Shown here: one piece after another, positions 7,265 through 13,481 of the stretch
Position numbering within the stretch: the first letter of the stretch is position 1
Layout of the letters: the number at the start of each line of letters is the position of its first letter
Assembly (NCBI GenBank): GCA_964392445.1
Contig: CAYMPD010000022.1
Span: 1 to 16,525, forward strand
Direction of reading: 5' to 3'
Origin: an uncultured archaeon
GTDB lineage: Archaea; Aenigmatarchaeota; Aenigmatarchaeia; CG10238-14
DNA length: 16,525 bases
Notes under the pieces: model-generated
Seen by the model: the letters and a program-made list of their open reading frames with translations, nothing else
What the model was told of the DNA's origin: nothing
Database searches by the model: none
Translations under genes and position numbers: made by a program

Positions 7265-7374
7265 CTTTCAATTCTTTTTTTCTTTCTAGGTAGAACTTCC
7301 CATCCGCATTTAGGACATTTATTCCCCATAAAGAAAGCTCCACATTTAGGACAAGTCTTCCCTATTTCCCCCAT
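7261..7374 (-). CDS. 37-aa double-CPKCG zinc-finger microprotein (not in the ORF track)
   Basis: Hand translation MGEIGKTCPKCGAFFMGNKCPKCGWEVLPRKKKRIER*. It overlaps the permease end by 13 nt, and its TGA overlaps the lipoprotein ATG (ATGA). Confidence 0.8.
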   Translation of the reverse strand: MGEIGKTCPKCGAFFMGNKCPKCGWEVLPRKKKRIER

Positions 7375-8640
7375 ATTCTCTCACCAATCTTATACAAAAT
7401 ATATCCAACCAAGGTAATAAAACCGACTATCAGAAATACTCTTGCCTCAAAGTGGAATAGCATGAAAAAACTGAAGACCAACCCAAGTCCAGATATCACA
7501 GGAAATTTACCTATATTCAAAGGTGTCCTGAAAGTCCTCTCCAAATCTGGTCTTTTAAATCTTAAGAGTATTGAAGATAGATTAACAAGGATGAAGATTA
7601 TAAAAACCATAAAGTCGACAAGGCTAGCAACTGTCAATATATTACCAATAAGGACAAATAGGATGGAAAGTACCATAGTCGCAAGAATAGCTATGTGAGG
7701 GGTCTTAGTTTTACTATGGACCCTAGAGAAAAATTTTGGTAAAGATTTACCTCTTGACATTCCAAATATCATCCTTGACCCGACCATCAAAAATATCAGA
7801 ACAGTGTTCGCAGTTGCAAATAAAGCAATAAAAGACATTAGAATTAAACCAGTATTCCCTAGGACTTCAGAAGTTACATAAGAAAGCGGGGCTTTAGATT
7901 CGGCTAAAGTGTTCCAAGGAACTATCGATACTACCGACAAACCAACAAAGACATAAAATAAAGTACTAATCACAACCGAAATTATTATTGCTCTTGGTAG
8001 ATTTTTCTTAGGGTTTTTGACTTCCTCACCTATATTCGCGATCTCTTCAAATCCAAGATAAGCAAAAAATACTATACTAACAGCTTGAAAAAGACCTGAA
8101 AATCCGTAGGGGAATTCAAGATAATTCACATTACCCAAATATCTAATTCCAATGATTATAACAAGTAAAAGTCCAATTGCTTCCAAGATTGTAAATAGAA
8201 CATTAATTCGAGAAGATTTTTTTTACTCCTAGAAAATTTACTAAAGCCACTACCACAATCAAACCTATTGCAGTTACTATAACTGATCCTCCAATTAAAA
8301 AAGAAAAATATCCCCCAAAAGCTAGAGCTACTGTTGATATGACAATCACATCTGCGATTAGTTCTAACCAACCTACCAGAAATCCCATCAGATTACTTTC
8401 AAATGCATTTTTAACATACAAATATTCTGCCGCAGATTTGGAAAAGAGTGTTGATAATTCCGCATAACTTAATCCGGTTAAAGAAGCCAATACAGCCGCT
8501 ATTAAAAATGATAACCAAACAGAATTACCTGTTAATCCAGTAGCACCCCCTATCAAAGCATAGATACCTGCTCCAAGGATTATACCCATTCCTGAAAACA
8601 CGGCGTCGGAAAGTGTAAGGGTTCTTTTTAATTTGGACAT
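7362..8640 (-). pseudogene. APC-family amino acid permease split by a +1 frameshift in an A8 run (8217-8224); could be a real pseudogene, a slippage site or a sequencing error
   Basis: The N-half (GMGIILGAGIY..YAEL) and C-half (FFAYLGFEEIANIGEEVKNPKKNLPRA..SRMIFGMSR..TPHIAI) are in different frames. Removing one A gives the continuous ..FLGVKKSSRINVLFTILEAIG.. and a 425-aa ORF. Confidence 0.85.
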
Positions 8641-8654
8641 TTAATGCACAAGTA

Positions 8655-8685
8655 TTATTTGTTTTTTCTGTTTATTTGTTTTTCT
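8655..8685. repeat. Near-tandem duplication TTATTTGTTTTTTCT / TTATTTGTTTTTCT
   Basis: Copies at 8655-8669 and 8672-8685 differ by one T; the second copy is the last codons and stop of the 8672-9535 ATPase. Confidence 0.5.
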
Positions 8686-9535
8686 TAAAAATAGATTTTA
8701 ATCTCCCGAATATCTGTTTTATCTCCTTAACAACCTTGGAATCCGATTCTAGAACAGGTTTCAAATTAACAATCGAGTCAATAACTTTTTTATCATAAGA
8801 TATTTTTCCCAAGAATTTTTTCCCAGACCATTTTTCAATCTCCTCACTCATTTCCGGATTAATATCCCATTTGTTAACAACAACCCCATAAGGAATCCTA
8901 AACTGATTAACTATCTCAAGAATTCTTTTCAAGTCAGAAAATCCAGAAGGTGTAGGTTCAGTTATCAAAACAGCATAATCACTACCTCTAATCGAAGCAA
9001 TAACAGGACACCCAATTCCTGCAGCAGCATCAAGAATCATAACTTCGTGGTCATATTTACCCGCTTTCTCTTTTAATTCTTCCACTATTTTCCCAGAACC
9101 GCTCTCACCGGGATATAATTGTCCCGAGACCAGAGAGAATCCGTATTCGGTTTTTTTATCTCTCAATTCTCCATTTTTAACCGGTTTAATCTCTATAGCA
9201 TCAGCAGGACAAACTAATTCACAAGCTCCACACCCTTCACATAGAAATTGGTTGATTTTGAATTCATCATTCTTTTCAACAGCATAAAATCTACAGATAT
9301 CTTTACACTTTCCACATTTGATACACTTGCCCTGATCAATTTTTGCCTTAAAGGATGTTGAAACTTTTTCACTTTTATCCCAATCAGTTATTCCTAACCA
9401 TAGTCCTGTATTCGGAGCATCCACATCACAATCACAAACAACAATCTGTTTTTCCTTGGATAAAAGCAAAGCTAAAGAAGATGTTAACATTGATTTCCCT
9501 ACTCCACCTTTACCTGAAGCTACTACAATTTTCAT
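8672..9535 (-). CDS. MinD-superfamily P-loop ATPase with an inserted 2x[4Fe-4S] ferredoxin domain (COG1149-like), copy 2
   Basis: ASGKGGVGKS, DCDVDAPN, CIKCGKCKDIC, CEGCGACELVCP, DAAAGIGCP and TEPTPSG; AGGAGG SD upstream. Confidence 0.92.
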   Translation of the reverse strand: MKIVVASGKGGVGKSMLTSSLALLLSKEKQIVVCDCDVDAPNTGLWLGITDWDKSEKVSTSFKAKIDQGKCIKCGKCKDICRFYAVEKNDEFKINQFLCEGCGACELVCPADAIEIKPVKNGELRDKKTEYGFSLVSGQLYPGESGSGKIVEELKEKAGKYDHEVMILDAAAGIGCPVIASIRGSDYAVLITEPTPSGFSDLKRILEIVNQFRIPYGVVVNKWDINPEMSEEIEKWSGKKFLGKISYDKKVIDSIVNLKPVLESDSKVVKEIKQIFGRLKSIFKKNK

Positions 9536-9556
9536 ATTAATTCCTCCTTATTTTTT

Positions 9557-9570
9557 AGAAATTTTATAAA
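9557..9570 (+). promoter_or_regulatory. BRE-TATA promoter (AGAAA-TTTTATAAA) for the + strand small-gene cassette
   Basis: About 30 nt upstream of ATG 9602 with SD GGTGAGG at 9593-9599. The TATA element is near-symmetric and could also fire on the - strand. Confidence 0.55.
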
Positions 9571-9601
9571 CTCAGATTTGTTATTGTTATTAGGTGAGGG
9601 A

Positions 9602-9757
9602 ATGGTTAAGTTAAGTGAGGGTGTGAAACTTTTAATAAGTGCGATGATAGGTGTTGTAGTCTTGTATTTTCTTTCAAATAAATATAATCCGACCATGTCC
9701 ATTACACTAGCTTTTTTGCTCGCCGCATTGTCTAAGATTATCATGGACAACCTCTGA
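9602..9757 (+). CDS. 51-aa two-helix membrane microprotein (not in the ORF track)
   Basis: MVKLSEGVKLLISAMIGVVVLYFLSNKYNPTMSITLAFLLAALSKIIMDNL*; strong GGTGAGG SD and a TATA box upstream. Confidence 0.75.
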   Translation: MVKLSEGVKLLISAMIGVVVLYFLSNKYNPTMSITLAFLLAALSKIIMDNL

Positions 9758-9766
9758 GGTTGTTTG

Positions 9767-10057
9767 ATGCGTTTAGAAGATGTAGTATATTCTGTTAGAT
9801 GGTTGCTTTTGTTATTTTCCCTCTTATCTGGTACATATATTTTATTCTTTTCGCCTGAATTTGCCGAGGGATTATGGAGAAACGCTATCATATCGTTTAT
9901 TTTGTGGTCAGTCACTGAAACCGAGAAATTCAAAACATCTCGATTACAACCTGAAGAAATTTCAAGATTATCAGTATTAGAAAAGGGTGTCAAAGAGATA
10001 AAATCTTCACTTGAAGAGATAAAATCCCAACTGGACAAATTATCCAAAAGATCCTGA
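9767..10057 (+). CDS. Hypothetical 96-aa membrane protein with a C-terminal coiled coil
   Basis: GAGGT SD at 9756-9760 before ATG 9767 (the track starts at TTG 9764). Hydrophobic N-half, then the heptad pattern ISRLSVLEKGVKEIKSSLEEIKSQLDKL. Confidence 0.75.
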   Translation: MRLEDVVYSVRWLLLLFSLLSGTYILFFSPEFAEGLWRNAIISFILWSVTETEKFKTSRLQPEEISRLSVLEKGVKEIKSSLEEIKSQLDKLSKRS

Positions 10058-10065
10058 GACATTCT

Positions 10066-10078
10066 GAAAGTATTTAAA
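10066..10078 (+). promoter_or_regulatory. BRE-TATA promoter (GAAAG-TATTTAAA) for the 10112-10276 gene
   Basis: About 35 nt upstream of ATG 10112, with GGTGA SD at 10103-10107. Confidence 0.5.
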
Positions 10079-10111
10079 GCACTACTGAAGAATATATTTC
10101 TAGGTGATGGC

Positions 10112-10276
10112 ATGAAAAAGACGAACGAAGAGTTAATAGCGGAAAAATTAGATCGTTCTTCGTTGCTTGAAATAACCAATGAGATATTAAAAGATAGTAA
10201 ATTATCAAGAGAAGACTCCGTAAAATTAGGTGAGGAGGCAAAAAGAGCCGTAGCAAAAAGACATGGGTTATTGTAA
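10112..10276 (+). CDS. 54-aa helical protein resembling the C-terminal half of archaeal RHH/CopG-type antitoxin-like proteins (not in the ORF track)
   Basis: MKKTNEELIAEKLDRSSLLEITNEILKDSKLSREDSVKLGEEAKRAVAKRHGLL*, with its own SD and TATA. The family resemblance (..ILxxSKLtxEDxxxLG..K...aKRH) is recalled from memory, not searched. Confidence 0.7.
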   Translation: MKKTNEELIAEKLDRSSLLEITNEILKDSKLSREDSVKLGEEAKRAVAKRHGLL

Positions 10277-10331
10277 AAGTAGTTAGTCGTAAAAACTAAT
10301 GACTTATTATTTACTTGATATCCTTCTAGGT

Positions 10332-10769
10332 TCATAACTTATCCCTCAACCATCCTATCTTAATATTATCTCCGTGATCGAACTCAGGAACATAAGGTTT
10401 AATGTCCAAAAGTGGTGTGCCGTCCAAAACATCGATCCCCCTAACTTTCAAAATATTCTTATTTATTTCTGACAATTTAACTACAGAAACCCCGATATGA
10501 TTAGGTCTATCCGGATGTCTCATTGCAAATACTCCTTTAGAATCATTATCTAAGAATGGTTCCGATTGTAATATAGTTTTATCCGATTCGTGGAAAAAAT
10601 AAAGTAATATCACATGTGAAAATCCTTCTACATCCTTAAGTCCGTCTTTAAAATCATCAAAAACTTCCACTTCACCAATAGCATCCGAAAAATAAGGTTG
10701 AATAGGTGTTTCTTTTTTATTTTCATGAGGTGAATTAATAACACCAATAGGTTCTAATTCTATTTTCAT
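10332..10769 (-). CDS. trmO: TrmO/TsaA (YaeB)-family SAM-binding protein, putative tRNA m6t6A37 methyltransferase
   Basis: PIGVINSP, GLKDVEGFSHVILLYFFH, GVFAMRHPDRPNHIGVSVVKL and IDVLDGTPLLDIKPY. Start placed at ATG 10769 behind an AGGTG SD (the track uses GTG 10778). tRNA activity is not certain for stand-alone short members. Confidence 0.88.
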   Translation of the reverse strand: MKIELEPIGVINSPHENKKETPIQPYFSDAIGEVEVFDDFKDGLKDVEGFSHVILLYFFHESDKTILQSEPFLDNDSKGVFAMRHPDRPNHIGVSVVKLSEINKNILKVRGIDVLDGTPLLDIKPYVPEFDHGDNIKIGWLRDKL

Positions 10770-10778
10770 TTTAACCAC

Positions 10779-11129
10779 CTAATGTTTATGTTCCTCACAA
10801 GCTTCTTCCAATTCTTTTAATTTGTCTTTGTTTTGGATAATCTCCCGAACGGTATCAAAATCTCCTGTTTCAATCCTAATATTTTTTGATTTTAACAGAT
10901 TTACCGCTCTTGGTCCCATGCCCTTTGCAAAGACAACATCCGGATTCTGGGATAACATATTCTCCGCGGGTCTACCTCTACCACCAAAATGTTCGCTCTT
11001 ATTTTCAACTATCTTTAACTCATCCTTTGCGGATTCATAAATAGCAAAAAATGGAGCTCTACCAAAATGGTATGAAACTTGGGATTCTTTATCCTTATTT
11101 TCCAAAACTGGGATTAATATTCTCATCAT
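10779..11129 (-). CDS. NifB/NifX-family (dinitrogenase FeMo-cofactor-binding fold, COG1433-like) protein
   Basis: RILIPV..VSYHFGRAPFFAIY..PDVVFAKGMGPRAVNLL..IRI. GGAGGTG SD; the true start may be the second ATG at 11126. Confidence 0.9.
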   Translation of the reverse strand: MMRILIPVLENKDKESQVSYHFGRAPFFAIYESAKDELKIVENKSEHFGGRGRPAENMLSQNPDVVFAKGMGPRAVNLLKSKNIRIETGDFDTVREIIQNKDKLKELEEACEEHKH

Positions 11130-11538
11130 CTAACACCTCCAAACTTTTTTTGAGAGTTTTCTCGTCCTTGAAATAATGAAAATGACTTTTACAGTTACAA
11201 TCTGATGAACCAAAATTAGGAACACTAGTAGTTGCGAATCTACTTAAACTATCAGAAATCTTACACTCTAATCTTTTATTCATAATTATTTGATCCACAC
11301 CCACTATTTCAACCTTTGGATTTACCAAAAAGTAATCTATGTGCCAATGAAGATTTCCTTTCTTGATTTTATTCAGTTTTTTATGCCTACTTATCCTATT
11401 TTCGAGATTAACACTTTCACCCAAAGCCGAACCGACATAACAATAATAACCTTTCGGGAATTCTATTCTCCCCAAGCTCCCTACATTTATCCCCAGATTC
11501 TTGTTTATTTTCATTGTCAACACATAAGTTCCTTTCAT
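11095..11538 (-). CDS. GIY-YIG (Uri-superfamily, DUF123-type) nuclease
   Basis: KGTYVL..GYYCYVGSA..RISRH..HWHIDY..EC..FGSSDCNCKSH. ATGA overlap upstream and a 35-nt overlap with the downstream gene. Confidence 0.88.
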   Translation of the reverse strand: MKGTYVLTMKINKNLGINVGSLGRIEFPKGYYCYVGSALGESVNLENRISRHKKLNKIKKGNLHWHIDYFLVNPKVEIVGVDQIIMNKRLECKISDSLSRFATTSVPNFGSSDCNCKSHFHYFKDEKTLKKSLEVLDDENINPSFGK

Positions 11539-12359
11539 ATTAAATCAACTACTCTTCCCAAATCTTTATCGCAATAAGCTTTAACCAGTTTTTCAGAGTA
11601 AGGTATGTCAACAGATATTTTTGTCCCAAATTCATTTGCAATTTCTTCTGTTTCTTTTCTATCACCAACATCCGACTTATTCAACACAACCTCAACCGGT
11701 ATTTCCAATCTTTTCACCAGTTCTAATATCAACCCAAGATCATGTGAACCTAATGGTGTGGGTTCAGTCACCGCATAAACTTTATCACAATTCAACAATG
11801 CTTGAATAACACTACAGTGCGTACCAGGTGAAGTATCGATAATCAAATAATCTGCATTTTTTTTCTTCGCGAATTTTATCGCTCGGGTTTTAACCTCTCT
11901 GACTATAGGGCCAGTTTCTTCCAACCCTGCTTTTGATCTACCTGTCATCAACCAAAAATTATCATTAATTTTATTAACAAAAGACTCTCCAGCGATTTTT
12001 TCTTCGGTTTTTATTGCATCATTCGGGCAAGCAACCCAACATGCTCCACATCCAGTACACAAGTCATGTAGGAATTTAGGATATTTACCCTTTACCCAGA
12101 ATACTGCATTTTCTCTACAGACTTCAGAGCATCTACCACATTTAGCACATTTTTCTTTTTCCAATTTAGGAAATTCCTGGTAAAGATAATCGGGTTTTTT
12201 TAGTTCTTGATTTATTATCAGGTGATCATTCGGACATTCAACATCCGCATCATAAAGCACAACCCTCTTCCCTTGGTTCGATAATTTGTACGCTAAAAGA
12301 ATTGCAAAGGTTGATTTACCAACCCCCCCTTTTACTCCAGATGAAGCTATCATTTTCAT
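11535..12359 (-). CDS. MinD-superfamily P-loop ATPase with an inserted 2x[4Fe-4S] ferredoxin domain (COG1149-like), copy 1
   Basis: SGVKGGVGKST, DADVECPN, CAKCGRCSEVC, CTGCGACWVACP, DTSPGTHC and TEPTPLG. Confidence 0.92.
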   Translation of the reverse strand: MKMIASSGVKGGVGKSTFAILLAYKLSNQGKRVVLYDADVECPNDHLIINQELKKPDYLYQEFPKLEKEKCAKCGRCSEVCRENAVFWVKGKYPKFLHDLCTGCGACWVACPNDAIKTEEKIAGESFVNKINDNFWLMTGRSKAGLEETGPIVREVKTRAIKFAKKKNADYLIIDTSPGTHCSVIQALLNCDKVYAVTEPTPLGSHDLGLILELVKRLEIPVEVVLNKSDVGDRKETEEIANEFGTKISVDIPYSEKLVKAYCDKDLGRVVDLI

Positions 12360-12364
12360 TTTCT

Positions 12365-12760
12365 TTAATCTCCCATATGACTTTTCAATTTTTGTTCCAT
12401 GTCGGGTCGAATACCAACTATTCTGTCAATGAGTTCACCATTCTTGAAAATCAAAAGAGTAGGAATACTCCGAACATTGTATTTACTCGGTATCATCTTA
12501 TTTGTAGTCAAATCCAATTTTCCAAATACTATTTTTCCTTTGTACTTTTCGGCTAATTTGTCTATGATTGGTCCCATCATCTTACAAGGCATACACCAAG
12601 CGGCCCAACAATCAACTACAACCAAGGGATATTTTTGAACTGTAGAATCGAAATCTTGATCAGTTATTTTCAAGGGCTTACTCGGATATTCGATTTTTAT
12701 CTCAGATTTTTTCATTAGCTTTTCCATCTTCTCTTTTCTTAATCTTTCCAATTCATCCAT
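12365..12760 (-). CDS. trxA: Thioredoxin with a charged N-terminal helix
   Basis: VVVDCWAAWCMPCKMMGP and cis-Pro motif VRSIPTLLIFKNG; GGAGG SD. Confidence 0.93.
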   Translation of the reverse strand: MDELERLRKEKMEKLMKKSEIKIEYPSKPLKITDQDFDSTVQKYPLVVVDCWAAWCMPCKMMGPIIDKLAEKYKGKIVFGKLDLTTNKMIPSKYNVRSIPTLLIFKNGELIDRIVGIRPDMEQKLKSHMGD

Positions 12761-12772
12761 TATTTTGACCTC

Positions 12773-13477
12773 CTAAATTTCAATTGTTTTACCTACCCCA
12801 TCCATTATGAAATTGTCCCCGTATTCCTGTCTGAATGCTTCTATTGCTCTATCTCCGGTGCAGTGGGAAGGTGAGACTTTTTGAACATCCGACTTTTTGA
12901 AAGTATTAATTATGAATTTTAATCTTCTTCTTGGAAATCCCCTTAAATGAAATCCTCCCACAGCAAGGTAAATATTATCATCAACAAATTCTTTTGATTT
13001 TTTTATTATTTTAACAATTCCAGGATGTGCACAGCCAGTTATAATAACTAATCCCTTTTTTGTTTTAACTATCATTGATTGTTCTTTGGTAAAAGTTCCT
13101 AACTCTCCTGTGGAATAAAATCCTTTTTGGATCTTTTTAGGAGAATAAATTTCTACAATTTCAGTACCATAAGATTTTATTTTATTTTTAAATTTTCTAG
13201 GGAAAGACTCGAGTAAATATACTTTCACATCAGAATTTTTCTCCAAGAATCCTGTTAATCCGCCAGTGTGATCTCCATGGAAATGCGATAAGAATACTCC
13301 CTCTATTTTATCTAAATCTATCCCAAGAGATTTCATGTTTTCAAGTAATATCTCAGAATCTCCGCCAGTGTCAAACAAGATTTCCCTATCTCCAGTTTCA
13401 ACTAAAGCAGAAAATCCCCATCCTGTTCTCAGTTTTTTCCCAAATTTATAATTATCATAAACTGTTGTAATTTTCAC
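12773..13477 (-). CDS. Metallo-beta-lactamase-fold hydrolase (COG1237-like)
   Basis: GWGFSALV, ILFDTG, SHFHGDHTGGL (HxHxDH), TGCAHPG, GGFHL and PSHCTG. Confidence 0.92.
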   Translation of the reverse strand: MKITTVYDNYKFGKKLRTGWGFSALVETGDREILFDTGGDSEILLENMKSLGIDLDKIEGVFLSHFHGDHTGGLTGFLEKNSDVKVYLLESFPRKFKNKIKSYGTEIVEIYSPKKIQKGFYSTGELGTFTKEQSMIVKTKKGLVIITGCAHPGIVKIIKKSKEFVDDNIYLAVGGFHLRGFPRRRLKFIINTFKKSDVQKVSPSHCTGDRAIEAFRQEYGDNFIMDGVGKTIEI

Positions 13478-13481
13478 ACTA

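Noticed and set aside
7307-7353. Direct repeat CATTTAGGACA x2 as a regulatory or mini-CRISPR element
   Set aside because: Explained as the codons of the two CPKC motifs of the 37-aa microprotein.
7362-8186. Calling the two permease halves as two independent genes
   Set aside because: One base deletion in the A8 run joins them seamlessly, and the TTG at 8186 falls mid-helix with no SD.
9755-10057. Selenocysteine or genome-wide TGA recoding
   Set aside because: TGA ends several well-defined genes here (Nudix, HAD, CCG, TrmO, CDF, DUF134), the TGAs are not at Cys-like catalytic positions, and I recognised no SECIS.
10277-10310. Imperfect hairpin between the convergent 10112-10276 and TrmO genes as a terminator
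   Set aside because: Stem is short, AT-rich and mismatched; too weak to call.
11095-11538. GIY-YIG gene as a homing endonuclease or mobile intron
   Set aside because: It is the short stand-alone DUF123 type, is coupled in an operon and does not interrupt a host gene.
12324-12330. G7 homopolymer (- strand) in the ATPase 1 P-loop as a phase-variation site
   Set aside because: The frame is intact and the run is explained by the Gly-Gly-Val codons of the Walker A motif.
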